The notes beneath the pieces were generated by a model. The model saw only the letters and a list, made by a program, of their open reading frames with translations, did not search any database and was not told the DNA's origin. The position numbers and the translations under genes are program-made. DNA of 64,000 bases from an uncultured Gammaproteobacteria bacterium (lineage in GTDB: Bacteria; Patescibacteriota; Patescibacteriia; SG8-24; DYFX01), in contig CAYNUS010000001.1 of the NCBI GenBank assembly GCA_964400625.1, forward strand, positions 116,606 to 180,605. The letters run 5' to 3'. Below, piece after piece: positions 8,626 to 19,379 of the stretch. How positions within the stretch are numbered: the first letter of the stretch is position 1; every line of letters begins with the position of its first letter.

Positions 8626-10308
8626 TTACCACGAGCCTCCGCCGCCTCCGCCGCCTCCGCCTCCGGAGAAGCCTCCGCCGCCCGAACCCGATCCGCTCGA
8701 ACGCGGCGGCGTCGAGGCGGCGATCATCGACGAGGACCAGCCGCTCAGGCTCTTCTCGAAGGAGACCGGCGACCAGGCGGAACCGATGACGGCGCCCTGG
8801 TACCACGTCGGCGGGGGCAGGTTGAGCGGCGCGAAGGCCTTGGCCCAGCGCGCGCCGAGGCCGAACGCCATCGCGAACGGCAAGGTCTTCTCGAACATGT
8901 CCTGCGTCTCCATCCACGGGGCGCGGTGCTTCTCGACCGTGGCGATGAACTGCTTGTGCCCTTGCGCGTGCCAGGCGGCGGCATGGCCCTTCACGGTCCA
9001 CTTGGCCATCGCCGCACCGAAGAGCGCGATGATGAGGCCGCTCGCGGCGATGGCGAGGCCCCAGGCGTTCAGGAGGCCCATGAACAGCGGAACGATCAAG
9101 GCGCCGCCGACGGCGACATAGGCGCCGCGGGCCTTCTGCGGATGCTTTTCGAAATATCCCTCCTTCGTGAGGTGCTCGAGGAGCGCCTCTTGGAACTCCT
9201 TGGCCTTCATGTGGAACGTGCCCTTGAGCTTCGAGACGGTGACCTGCGCCGGAGGCGGGTTCTCGATGCCGAAGAGGTCGCCGAGCAGCTTCGCCTCGTA
9301 CGGCTTCACCTCGGCGTCGTTCCGGTAGTCGCGGACGAGATGCAGGACGTGATCGGTGCCCGAGCCGATCTTCGAACCGAGCAGGCCCGGCGTCTTCGTC
9401 TCCTCGATGCGCACGTAGCCGCGCACCGCGAGATCGACGATCGTGACGGCCAGGTCGTCCGTGCCCGTCGCCTGCCGCATGACGGCGTGCGCTTCGGCGG
9501 GGCGCATGTTCCAGGCGCTCTCGTACTGCGTGACCGTCGCCGGGAACTCCGGATCGTCGCCATGCTTCTTCCAGCGGCGGTACATGAAGGCCAGCGCCGC
9601 GAGCGGCAGGAGGATCGGCAGGAACTTCGCCGCGCGCGCGGCGAACGGCACGGGCGGAGGTTCCGCCACGAGGCCCTTCGGGAAGCCGACCGCGACGGTC
9701 ATGGGCGCGCCCTCGGTCTTGGCGACGAAGCCGACCGCCTCGGCGGATTCGACGATCGTGCAGTCCTCCGCCGTCGAGCCGTAGGCGCCCGTGTAGCAGC
9801 GCGCGCCCGTGACCTCGGCGCCTTCCGGCAGGGACACCGTCGCCGAGACCGTCGGCAGCGGCACGTCCCAGCCTTCGCCGGAGACGTTCCAGTAGATCTC
9901 GTCGAACTCCGCGAAGCGGCCGATCGCTCCGCGGACCTCGTATTCGATGACGTACTCGTGCGCGCCGCGCAGGGCCGTCTCCTCCTTGCCGATCTTCCAG
10001 ACGAGCTGATCGCCCTTGCGCGACGCGTCGACGCGCTCCGCCCGGCCGTCGAGCCAGACGCCGTACAGCGAGACCTCGAGGCGGTACGGATTCCCCTGGT
10101 CGTCGCGGCCTTCGATCGGGATGTAGCGGAAGATGCCGTGGCGGTCCGCGAGGAACTCCGCGGCGATCGTCTCGCGCACCTCGACGACGCCGTCGGCGCG
10201 CACGGCGATGTCCGCGCGGAAACGCTCCATGCGCCAGAGGGCCTGCGCGGAGGCGTCCGCGGGCGCGAGACAGAGCAGGACGGCGATGGCGGCGAGGAAG
10301 CGCTTCAT
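8626..10308 (-). CDS. DUF2207-family membrane protein with C-terminal Gly-rich tail
   Basis: Signal peptide, large extracytoplasmic domain, two TM segments and a GSGSGGGGFSGGGGGGGGGGSW tail, typical of DUF2207. Confidence 0.75.
   Translation of the reverse strand: MKRFLAAIAVLLCLAPADASAQALWRMERFRADIAVRADGVVEVRETIAAEFLADRHGIFRYIPIEGRDDQGNPYRLEVSLYGVWLDGRAERVDASRKGDQLVWKIGKEETALRGAHEYVIEYEVRGAIGRFAEFDEIYWNVSGEGWDVPLPTVSATVSLPEGAEVTGARCYTGAYGSTAEDCTIVESAEAVGFVAKTEGAPMTVAVGFPKGLVAEPPPVPFAARAAKFLPILLPLAALAFMYRRWKKHGDDPEFPATVTQYESAWNMRPAEAHAVMRQATGTDDLAVTIVDLAVRGYVRIEETKTPGLLGSKIGSGTDHVLHLVRDYRNDAEVKPYEAKLLGDLFGIENPPPAQVTVSKLKGTFHMKAKEFQEALLEHLTKEGYFEKHPQKARGAYVAVGGALIVPLFMGLLNAWGLAIAASGLIIALFGAAMAKWTVKGHAAAWHAQGHKQFIATVEKHRAPWMETQDMFEKTLPFAMAFGLGARWAKAFAPLNLPPPTWYQGAVIGSAWSPVSFEKSLSGWSSSMIAASTPPRSSGSGSGGGGFSGGGGGGGGGGSW
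8632..8672 (-). repeat. (GGC/GGA)n simple-sequence tract encoding the poly-Gly tail of the DUF2207 protein
   Basis: gccgcctccgccgcctccgcctccgg visible in the sequence. Confidence 0.8.
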
Positions 10309-10309
10309 A

Positions 10310-11329
10310 TCAGCGGAGGTATTTGCGGTTGGCGTTATGTTCTTCGAGCGTCTTGCCGTAGTAGACCTTGCCCTCGGGATCCGTCAGGAAGTACCAGTAC
10401 GGGTTCGCTTTCGGGCGGACGGCGGCGACGATGGACGAGAGGCTCGGGTTGCCGATGGGCCCCGGCGGCAGGCCGCGGTACTTATAGGTGTTCCACGGGT
10501 GGTCGATGCGCGTCTCCTCGTAGCTCACCGACGGCTTGGAATGCCCGGTGACGTAATTCACGGTCGAATCCGCCTCGAGGCCGCGTCCGGCGTCGACGCG
10601 CTTCCAGAAGACGTCGGAAACGAGCGCGCGATCCTCTTCGGTGCGCACCTCGCGCTCGATGACGGAGGCCATCGTGACGATCTCGTGGATCGTGCGGCCG
10701 CTCGCCGCGATCTCGGCGCGGAGTTCCGGCGTGAGCTTCGCCTCGAAGTTGGCGAGCATCTTGCGGACGAGCGCCTTCGCGCCGCCGTCGGCGTAGATGC
10801 GGTAGGTGTCGGGGAACAGGTAGCCCTCGAGCGAGGACCCGGCCGGCCTGCCCGCGAGCGCGGGATACGAAGCCGTCCAGTCCGGCAGATCCGCCTGGAC
10901 CATCTCCGCGCTCTTGCCCGCCTCCGCGTAGAACTCCTCGCGCGAGACGATGCCCTCCGCCTGGAGATGATCGGCCATGTCGTCGAGCGTCCAGCCTTCG
11001 AGCAGGGTCACGGAAATCTCGTTCGAGACCGGCTTGCCCTTGGCGAGGAGCGCCTCGATCTCCGCGGTCGTCATCGAGGGCGTCAGCTCGTAGGCGCCGG
11101 CCTTGAAGGCGTCCTGGTGTCCGCGCCGCCAGACGACGTACATGAAGTAGCGCGGACTGCGGATGAGTCCGGCTTCCTCGAGGCCTTCGGCGATGGCGCG
11201 CACGCCGGAACCCTGCGGGACGACGTACAGGACGTCCGAGGGCTCCTTCGCGACGGGCTTGCCCGCCTGCGAGAACACGAAGCCGCCGAAGCCGAGCGCG
11301 AGGATGAGGGTGATGAGGATGCCTTTCAT
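10310..11329 (-). CDS. mltG: Endolytic murein transglycosylase MltG (YceG-like)
   Basis: N-terminal TM, YceG-like fold motifs (LLEGWTLDDMADHL, YNTYKYRGLPPGPIGNPS). Confidence 0.85.
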   Translation of the reverse strand: MKGILITLILALGFGGFVFSQAGKPVAKEPSDVLYVVPQGSGVRAIAEGLEEAGLIRSPRYFMYVVWRRGHQDAFKAGAYELTPSMTTAEIEALLAKGKPVSNEISVTLLEGWTLDDMADHLQAEGIVSREEFYAEAGKSAEMVQADLPDWTASYPALAGRPAGSSLEGYLFPDTYRIYADGGAKALVRKMLANFEAKLTPELRAEIAASGRTIHEIVTMASVIEREVRTEEDRALVSDVFWKRVDAGRGLEADSTVNYVTGHSKPSVSYEETRIDHPWNTYKYRGLPPGPIGNPSLSSIVAAVRPKANPYWYFLTDPEGKVYYGKTLEEHNANRKYLR

Positions 11330-11330
11330 G

Positions 11331-12416
11331 TCAGAGATACTTCTTCATCTTCTTCCGTTCGATCTCCTCGACGAGCTTTTTCACGTCCTGCGCGCGCGAC
11401 TTCGGGCACGCCAGGATGACGTCCTCCGTCTCGATCAGGATCATGTCCTTGAGCCCCGCGACGGCGATGAGCTTGCCGGTGAAGCTGTAGAGCAGGTTGC
11501 CTTCGGAACCGACGGCGAGCGCGCGCCCGCGCGTGACGTTCGCTCCCGGCTTCTTCGCCAGGACGTCGTGGACCGCGCGCCAGTGGCCGACGTCGGCCCA
11601 GCCGAAATCCGCGGGCACGACGAGCATCTTCTTCTCTTTCTCGAGCACGCCGTAGTCGATGGAGATCGGGACGATGCGCGCGAAGGCGCGTTCGAGCGTC
11701 TTCGCCCTTTTCGGCGTCGTCCAGGACGCGCGGATCGCCTCGAGTTCCTTCCAGGTCTTCGGCAGATGCGTCCTGAAGGCGTGCATGAGCGTCTTGGCCT
11801 CCGCGACGATGAGCGTCGGGTTCCAGAGGTACTCCCACTGCGCGACGTACGACTTGGCCGTCTCGAGGTCCGGCTTCTCGCGGAAGCCCTCGACGTCGAA
11901 GATCTCGTCATGGCCTTTCGCGCGCCTGAAGCGCATGGCCTGCGAGCCCATCTTGATGTAGCCGTAGCCCGTCTCGGGATACGAAGGACGCACGCCGACG
12001 AGCGCGATCCGTCCGGCCTTCTTCGCGGCCTTTTCCGCCGTCCGGAGCACGCGCCAGAATTCCTTCTCGTCCTTCACGTAGGCGTCGGAGTTGATGGTGG
12101 CGACCGTCGCCTTCGGATCGCGCGCGAGCGCCACGGCGGCGCCGAAACCGATCGCGGCGGCGGTGTCGCGCTTCATCGGTTCCACGAGCAGGTTGCCGGC
12201 AGGGAGCTCGGGCAGGTCCTCGCGGATGAGGTGCGCCTGCGCGGCGCCGGTGACGACGAGGATGCGCGACGCGGGCAGTCCCGCGCGCAGGCGCTTCCAG
12301 GTCGAACGCAGGAGCGTGTCCGCGCCGAGGATGGGCTGGAGCTGTTTCGGGATCGATTTCCGGGAGACGGGCCAGAGGCGCGTGCCGCTGCCGCCGGCGA
12401 GGAGGATGGCGTACAT
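11331..12416 (-). CDS. Mannose-1-phosphate guanylyltransferase (GDP-mannose pyrophosphorylase)
   Basis: MYAILLAGGSGTRLWP nucleotidyltransferase motif; length and C-terminal region match GMPP. Confidence 0.8.
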   Translation of the reverse strand: MYAILLAGGSGTRLWPVSRKSIPKQLQPILGADTLLRSTWKRLRAGLPASRILVVTGAAQAHLIREDLPELPAGNLLVEPMKRDTAAAIGFGAAVALARDPKATVATINSDAYVKDEKEFWRVLRTAEKAAKKAGRIALVGVRPSYPETGYGYIKMGSQAMRFRRAKGHDEIFDVEGFREKPDLETAKSYVAQWEYLWNPTLIVAEAKTLMHAFRTHLPKTWKELEAIRASWTTPKRAKTLERAFARIVPISIDYGVLEKEKKMLVVPADFGWADVGHWRAVHDVLAKKPGANVTRGRALAVGSEGNLLYSFTGKLIAVAGLKDMILIETEDVILACPKSRAQDVKKLVEEIERKKMKKYL

Positions 12417-12417
12417 G

Positions 12418-13191
12418 TCAGCGGAGGATGAGGAACCAGAACGCGAGGCCGGCGAAGATGCGATAGACGCCGAACGCCGTGAAGTCGTGCGTCCGCACGT
12501 AGCCCAGGAACCACTTCACGCTGGCGTACGCGACGACGAACGCCGTCGCCATGCCGAGCGCGAGCAGACCGAACTCGGACGCGCTGAAGGCGAATCCGGA
12601 TTTCAGGAGGTCGAGCCCGGTCGCGGCGGCCATGGTCGGGATCGCCAGCATGAAGGAGAACTCCACGATCGCCGCGCGCGACCAGCCGAGCCCCATGCCG
12701 CCCAGGATCGTGGCGGCCGAACGCGAGACGCCGGGGATCATCGCCACGGACTGCGCGAGGCCGACCAGCACCGCGTCCTTGTAGGACATCGCGGCGAGAT
12801 CGGCTTTGGGCGCGGCGGAAGGCTTGAAGAGCTTCTCGAAGGCGATGAGCGCGGCGCCGCCCAGCACGAGCGCGGCGACGACGACCGCGGCGTTGCCGAG
12901 CAGGTAGGTCTTCACGACGCCGTACAGCGCGAGCCCGATGACCGCGGTCGGCACGAAGGCGGCGGCCACGCGCAGGAAGATCCGCCGGTCGAGCAGGAGG
13001 CGCCGCCACGAGACGGCGAGCACCGCCAGGATGGCGCCGAGCTGGACGGCGATGCCGAACGATTTCAGGAACTCCGAATCCGGCACGCGGAGCAGCTCCG
13101 AGGCGAGGATGAGGTGCCCCGTCGAGGAGACGGGCAGGAATTCCGTCAGCCCCTCGACGACGCCGAGGGCGATGGCATGGAACCAGGTCAT
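12418..13191 (-). CDS. uppP: Undecaprenyl-diphosphatase UppP/BacA
   Basis: FLPVSSTGHL and polytopic membrane profile. Confidence 0.9.
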   Translation of the reverse strand: MTWFHAIALGVVEGLTEFLPVSSTGHLILASELLRVPDSEFLKSFGIAVQLGAILAVLAVSWRRLLLDRRIFLRVAAAFVPTAVIGLALYGVVKTYLLGNAAVVVAALVLGGAALIAFEKLFKPSAAPKADLAAMSYKDAVLVGLAQSVAMIPGVSRSAATILGGMGLGWSRAAIVEFSFMLAIPTMAAATGLDLLKSGFAFSASEFGLLALGMATAFVVAYASVKWFLGYVRTHDFTAFGVYRIFAGLAFWFLILR

Positions 13192-13303
13192 GCCACGTCA
13201 GAAGCCTCGCGTGGGGCTTCGATAAACCGCAGCGTCAGCCGAACGGCGGCTTCGCCTTCCCGCGTGCCAAAATCGACAGGCTGGTGATGGGCTTCTGACA
13301 GGG

Positions 13304-13885
13304 TCATGCGTCTTTCCTCTTATACGTGCGGAAGATCGGCAGGAATTCGAGATACGGCTCGATCCCCTTCTTGATCGGCGCGGCGGCGAGGGCGGCGAGC
13401 AGGCCGACGATCGCGCCGGCCACGACGTCGGTCGGATAATGGACGCCGGCGGCCACGCGCCCGAACGCCACGAGCGCGGCCATGCAGAGGAGCGCGTTCC
13501 CCCACTTCCGGTTGCGGAGCGCGATCGCGCCCGCCAGCGCGAACGCGAGCGTGGCGTGCGCGGACGGGAAGGATTTCTCCGTCGCCATGCGGTCGGCGAG
13601 CTTGACCACGTCCTCCAGGACGGCGAACGGCCGCGGGCGGAACCAGAGGTACGCGAACGGGATCTGGACGAGCATGGCGAGGACGGCGGCCCAGAGCGCG
13701 TGCGCGAGGTTCTCGACGCGTCCCTCGAAATGCGACGTCTTCCAGGCGACGGCGACATAGCCGGCGATGAGCGCCGCCATGACGAAGATGAGGTAGGTGG
13801 CGAGGAAGACGAAGACGGCATCCAGCGCGTCCGACCGTCCGGCCAGGCCGTTGATCGCCCGGAAGCTGGCGAGGTCGATCGACAT
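13304..13885 (-). CDS. PAP2-family membrane phosphatase
   Basis: KSFPSAHA and GVHYPTDV acid-phosphatase motifs. Confidence 0.85.
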   Translation of the reverse strand: MSIDLASFRAINGLAGRSDALDAVFVFLATYLIFVMAALIAGYVAVAWKTSHFEGRVENLAHALWAAVLAMLVQIPFAYLWFRPRPFAVLEDVVKLADRMATEKSFPSAHATLAFALAGAIALRNRKWGNALLCMAALVAFGRVAAGVHYPTDVVAGAIVGLLAALAAAPIKKGIEPYLEFLPIFRTYKRKDA

Positions 13886-14646
13886 CAGTGGGCCATCAGG
13901 CGGGTGAACAGGTAGACGATCGCGAAGCCGAGCGTGAAGAAGCCGAACTGGCGGATCATCTTCATGCGGTTCCGCTCCTTATGGATCTCCGGGATGAGGT
14001 CGGCCGCGGCGATGTAGATGAAGCCGCCGGCCGTCACGGCCAGGAGCGCCGGCAGGGCGCCTTGGACCTGCGTCGAGAAGAAATACGCGAGCAGGGCGCC
14101 GGCGAGGCTCGCCATGGCGGAGAGGACGTTGAAGAGGATGGCGCGCTTCGGCGCGACGCCCTTCGAGAGCAGGACGCTGAAGTCCGCGACCTCCTGCGGG
14201 ATCTCGTGGATGAAGACGGCGATCGTGGTGGCGACGCCGACGGCCGGGCTCACGAGGAACGAGACCGCGATGGCGGCGCCGTCGAGGAAGTTATGGAGCG
14301 TGTCGCCGAGCAGGACCATCGTCGGCGAGGTGTGCACGTCGCACTTCTCCTCGTGGCAGTGGTACCAGAGCAGGATCTTCTCGATGGAGAAGAACGCGAG
14401 GAACCCGACGAGGACCATGAGGGCCGCCTCGTCGATGGCGTGCTCGCCCCGCAGCTCCTCGTACGCCTCCGCCGCGTGCGGCAGGAGGTCGAGGAACGCC
14501 ACGGTGAGCAGGGTGCCCGCGGCGAAACTCAGGAAATCGTGGGAACGGTCGTGCGACCAGAGCTTCCCCTTATAGAGCGCGAGCGCCAGGAGCAGGGCGA
14601 CGAGGCCGGAAAGGGCGCTGGCGGCGATGATCCAGATGAGCGTCAT
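13885..14646 (-). CDS. ZIP-family zinc/metal transporter (ZupT-like)
   Basis: HxxxD/HE motifs (HNFLDG, HEIPQEVADF), 8-TM profile; its stop overlaps the PAP2 start. Confidence 0.85.
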   Translation of the reverse strand: MTLIWIIAASALSGLVALLLALALYKGKLWSHDRSHDFLSFAAGTLLTVAFLDLLPHAAEAYEELRGEHAIDEAALMVLVGFLAFFSIEKILLWYHCHEEKCDVHTSPTMVLLGDTLHNFLDGAAIAVSFLVSPAVGVATTIAVFIHEIPQEVADFSVLLSKGVAPKRAILFNVLSAMASLAGALLAYFFSTQVQGALPALLAVTAGGFIYIAAADLIPEIHKERNRMKMIRQFGFFTLGFAIVYLFTRLMAH

Positions 14647-14670
14647 ATGGAGGCATCGTACCCGAAACGC

Positions 14671-16260
14671 CTATTCCTTTCCAGATTCGGCGCTTTTGCG
14701 CATCGGCAGGTCGGAGGCGACCCAGGCCGGCTTGTCGATCCTGGTGAAATCGATGGGATCGGTCTCGGTCTTGCCGTAGCCGGGCTTGAGCGAGATCAGG
14801 TAGTACTCCCCCGGCCCGACGTGGAAGCTGTAGCGCCCCTCCGCGTCGGTGAGCTTGGATTCGAGGACCTTGTGGTACGGGAGCGAAAGGATGCGGACGA
14901 CGGCGCCCTTGAGCGGCTTGCGGGTGTCGATGTCGTAGACGGTCCCCTGCGACTTCGGCGTCGCCGGTTCCGCCAGGCGCTTGAAGAGCTGGTAGAGGAA
15001 GAGCTGGACGAGGAAGACGATCAGCATCGGCACGCCCGGCGTGACGGCCAGCGCGACGAGGCCGAGCGCGGGACCCGCCGCGGCCAGGGCCTTGCGGAGC
15101 GCCTTCTTGTTGCGGTCGGAGAGCAGCACCTTGGCTTCGGCCGCCGTCTCGAACGCGGGGTCCATCGGCACGTTGACCGTCAGCGTCTTGCCGCCTTCCG
15201 TCACCTGGATGAGGTTGCCGTGGTAGACGTCCGTATACGGCCCGTCATCGGCGACGTCCGCGACCGAAGCGGCCGGGAACGTGAAGCCCGGCTTCACGGC
15301 TTCGAGGCGGTAGCTGCCCGCCGGCGGCGTGAAGGCGAAGCGCCCGTCCTTGTCGGTGACCTTCGTGGCGATCGGACGGTTGGTGCCGGCTTCGACGAGG
15401 CGGATGGTGGCGAGGTCGATCGGGACCTTCGTGCCGGCGTGATAGACGACGCCCCAGCCCTGGCGCGTGCGGCGCGTGAGGAAGAGGTACGGCTGGGCGA
15501 GGACGAGGAGCAGGAACTGCCCGGCGTTGGCGAGCGGAAGCGCGGTCGCGAACGCGGCCAGGAATCCGGCGATGGAACCGGCGACGGCGACCGGCGCGAC
15601 CACCGCCTTGTTGGCGGCCTGCACGTCGTCGCGTTCGGCGACCTGGCGCGCGAGCGCGGCCGTCTCCTGGGCGGTGCCGAGCGCGGCGGCGACCTCTTCG
15701 GCGGACGGCACGTACGCGCGGAGCTGGGCGAACGCGGAGACGCCGCTCGCGCCCGCCTCCTCGCCGAGCACGCCGGCGTCCGTCAGGAGGTGCGGGCCTT
15801 CGGCGAGCGAGCCCGTCGGATATTCGAGCGCGAAGGTCACCTCGTAGCTCGGGCAATCCTCCGAGCACAGGCTGCCGTCGCGCTCTTTCGAGCGGTACAG
15901 GTACGGCAGGCCGTTCGGCAGGGCGTTGAACGGGACGTTCAGGAGGTAGATGGCGCCGCGCTCGCCGCCGATCGGCGTGATGCCGGCGTCCGAGATGACC
16001 TTCGCCTCGTCGGAACCGAGGACGAGTCCCGCGCTCGGCGCGTCCGGATAGCTGCCGTGCTGCTCGAAATACAGCTCGATGGCGTTGTAGAGCGTGCGGA
16101 TGTCGGAGACGCGCTTGGCGTCGCGCGCCTTGCCGCGCACGAGCGAATACGACGTCATGCCCGCCACGGAGAGCAGGCCGATGATGGTCGTCGTGATGAG
16201 GAGCTCGATCAGCGTGAAGCCCCTTTTCCCGGACGCGGCGTTTTTTTCGGATACGCGCAT
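14671..16260 (-). CDS. Large type IV pilin-like protein with CarboxypepD_reg-like repeats
   Basis: Class III signal MRVSEKNAASGKRG|FTLIELLITTTIIGLLS; repeated Ig-like segments (TKVTDKDGRFAFT..GSYRLEAVKPGF; GAVVRILS..DAEGRYSFHVGPGEYYL). Start trimmed from track ORF 16992 to ATG 16260. Confidence 0.8.
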   Translation of the reverse strand: MRVSEKNAASGKRGFTLIELLITTTIIGLLSVAGMTSYSLVRGKARDAKRVSDIRTLYNAIELYFEQHGSYPDAPSAGLVLGSDEAKVISDAGITPIGGERGAIYLLNVPFNALPNGLPYLYRSKERDGSLCSEDCPSYEVTFALEYPTGSLAEGPHLLTDAGVLGEEAGASGVSAFAQLRAYVPSAEEVAAALGTAQETAALARQVAERDDVQAANKAVVAPVAVAGSIAGFLAAFATALPLANAGQFLLLVLAQPYLFLTRRTRQGWGVVYHAGTKVPIDLATIRLVEAGTNRPIATKVTDKDGRFAFTPPAGSYRLEAVKPGFTFPAASVADVADDGPYTDVYHGNLIQVTEGGKTLTVNVPMDPAFETAAEAKVLLSDRNKKALRKALAAAGPALGLVALAVTPGVPMLIVFLVQLFLYQLFKRLAEPATPKSQGTVYDIDTRKPLKGAVVRILSLPYHKVLESKLTDAEGRYSFHVGPGEYYLISLKPGYGKTETDPIDFTRIDKPAWVASDLPMRKSAESGKE

Positions 16261-16865
16261 AGGCGTGCGATGGGACAGGCGTAGCAGCGGGGTCGCCCGG
16301 GGATGCAGACGTTGCGGCCGAACTGCACGAAGACGCGGTTCACGTGCAGCCAGAGGTCCTCCGGGATGAGGCGCATGAGCGCCGTCTCCGTCTTCCCGAC
16401 GTCCGTCGTGCGGACCCAGCCCAGACGGTTGGCGATGCGGTGCACGTGCGTGTCGACGGCGATGGCGGGAACCTTGAAAGCATAGCACAGGACGCAGTTG
16501 GCCGTTTTCCGCCCGACGCCCGGCAGCGCCACGAGCTCCTCGCGCGTCCGCGGCACCTTCCCTCCGTAGTCGCGCATGAGGATCGCCGCGATCCCTTTCA
16601 TCGCGCGCGCCTTGGCGCGGAAGAGGCCGATCTCGGAGAGCGGCTTCTCGATGTCGGACGCCTTGGCGGCGGCGAGGTCGGCGAGCGTCGGGAACTTCGC
16701 GCGGAGCTTCGGGTAGACCTTCATCACCTGCTCGTCGCGCGTGCGCGCCGAAAGGACCGTCGCGAGGAGCACGTCCTCGGGACGGTCGAGCTCGACGGCC
16801 CCCTTGCCGGGAAACCCGCGCTTCAGCGTGTCGATCACTTTCCGGACCGCGGAGGCTTTTGGCAT
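16209..16865 (-). CDS. nth: Endonuclease III (Nth) DNA glycosylase/AP lyase
   Basis: HhH-GPD motif LPGVGRKTANCVL and C-x6-C-x2-C-x5-C [4Fe-4S] cluster. Start trimmed to ATG 16865. Overlaps the pilin gene by 52 bp. Confidence 0.9.
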   Translation of the reverse strand: MPKASAVRKVIDTLKRGFPGKGAVELDRPEDVLLATVLSARTRDEQVMKVYPKLRAKFPTLADLAAAKASDIEKPLSEIGLFRAKARAMKGIAAILMRDYGGKVPRTREELVALPGVGRKTANCVLCYAFKVPAIAVDTHVHRIANRLGWVRTTDVGKTETALMRLIPEDLWLHVNRVFVQFGRNVCIPGRPRCYACPIARLCAYPKKTPRPGKGASR

Positions 16866-17675
16866 GTCGGGCAATAGACGGCGCCGCGCTGGGCGACCCA
16901 GATCTTCTTGAGCTTCGCGCCGCAGCGGCGGCAGGACTTCCCATCGCGGCCGTAGACCCAAAGGTGCGGCACGTTGCCGCCCTTCTCGCCATAGAGGTCG
17001 CGATAGTTGTCGGACGATGAGCCCAGCCGCTTCACGGAAGCCTTGAGCGATTTCAGCGCGCCTTCATAGACGCCCTTCAGTTCCTTTTCCGAAAGCGAGC
17101 CCACCGTCCGCTCCGGGTGGACCTTGCCGTACCAGCACGCCTCGTCGGCGTAGATGTTGCCGATGCCCGCGATGCACGACTGTTCCATGAGGAGCGGCTT
17201 GATCTTCTTCGAAGGGCGGCTCGTCACGCACATCGTGAAGCGCTTGAACGTGAAGGACGGATCGAGCGGTTCGGGGCCATAGCCTTCCGTATCGAAAATC
17301 TCCTTCTCGACGTCCGCCGTCTTCAGGACCTTCAGGAACCCGAACTTACGGACATCCTCGAACCAGAGGTCCTGCTTCTTGTCGAGATGGAACACGACGT
17401 GCGCGTGCTTGCCGGGCGCCTCCCCCGCTTTCTTGAGCAGGTACGAACCCGTCATCTTGAGATGCGTGACGAGCGTGAGGCCGTTCGAGAGGTCCGCGAG
17501 CAGGAGCTTGGCGCGGCGGCGGAACGCCTTGAACGTCGCCCCGGCGAGCGCGTCGAGGGCTTTCGGCGACGGCTTGATGCGCCCGCCGAAACGGACGTCG
17601 ACGCCGAGGATCTTCCGCCCGGCGAGCGCCTTTTCCATCTGCCGCCGCAAGGTTTCCACTTCGGGTAGCTCGGGC
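16835..17675 (-). CDS. mutM: Formamidopyrimidine-DNA glycosylase (MutM/Fpg)
   Basis: N-terminal MPELPEVE and C-terminal zinc finger CRRCG...CPTCQ. Start trimmed from track ORF 19231. Confidence 0.9.
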
Positions 17676-17707
17676 ATATCGTGGCCAGTGTAGTACAATG
17701 TCGCCGT

Positions 17708-18736
<1,029 letters not shown>

Positions 18737-18793
18737 CTTGCCTCCGCGGACGTCCGGTGCTGGAATGGGGCCAGCACCTTGAAGGAGGCGCCC

Positions 18794-19294
18794 ATGACCG
18801 AAGCCAAGACCCGCGACCTCATGGAGGTCGTCGAGGATCTCGAACGCCGCTTGCCGCCCGACGACGCCCTGCGCGCCGTGACGAACGCGCTGCGCGAATG
18901 CGACGCGGAGCTCGAGGAGCACGTCATCCTCGGCGCCGCGCGGAAGCCGCCCCTCACCTGGACGCGCTTCATCGCGCTCGGGAACGTCGCGGGCCGCCCG
19001 CATCCCAGCTATGGCATCTACCCCGGCGTCGTCGATGACGACGACCGCGCCGAGCTCCGCCGCGTCGAGGAGATCCTGAAGCGCCGCAAGGTCGCGATGT
19101 TCCTCGTCGAGGATATCCTGAAGCTGCGCCCGAGCGGCATCGCCACCGCCGCGCTCGCCCTCTACGGCGAGGACGCCGACGGCGCCGCCGTACTGGTCAT
19201 CTGCCGGCACCCGGACGTCACGCTCCCCCAAGCCGTCTGCCTCATCCTCGCCGCCGTGATGAGCGCGGCCGAAGACCAGGTCCGCAGGAACTGA
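18794..19294 (+). CDS. Hypothetical acidic protein, member 1 of a tandem three-gene paralog family
   Basis: GAAGGAGG RBS before ATG 18794. C-terminal ...LVICRHPDV is shared with the two downstream paralogs (FAVYRHPDV, ALFRHPSLD). Confidence 0.6.
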   Translation: MTEAKTRDLMEVVEDLERRLPPDDALRAVTNALRECDAELEEHVILGAARKPPLTWTRFIALGNVAGRPHPSYGIYPGVVDDDDRAELRRVEEILKRRKVAMFLVEDILKLRPSGIATAALALYGEDADGAAVLVICRHPDVTLPQAVCLILAAVMSAAEDQVRRN

Positions 19295-19295
19295 A

Positions 19296-19350
19296 CCCGA
19301 AGCGCCGCTTCGGGTTTTTCATTGACACGGACGCCGCGAAGTGCTACCAA
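19296..19350 (+). promoter_or_regulatory. Terminator (CCCGAAG-cgccg-CTTCGGG + T5) fused to TTGACA-17-TACCAA promoter cassette
   Basis: Hairpin plus T-tract at 19296-19320; -35 at 19322-19327; -10 at 19345-19350. Confidence 0.5.
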
Positions 19351-19379
19351 GCCCGTACGCACCTTCAAGGAGGGATGTC

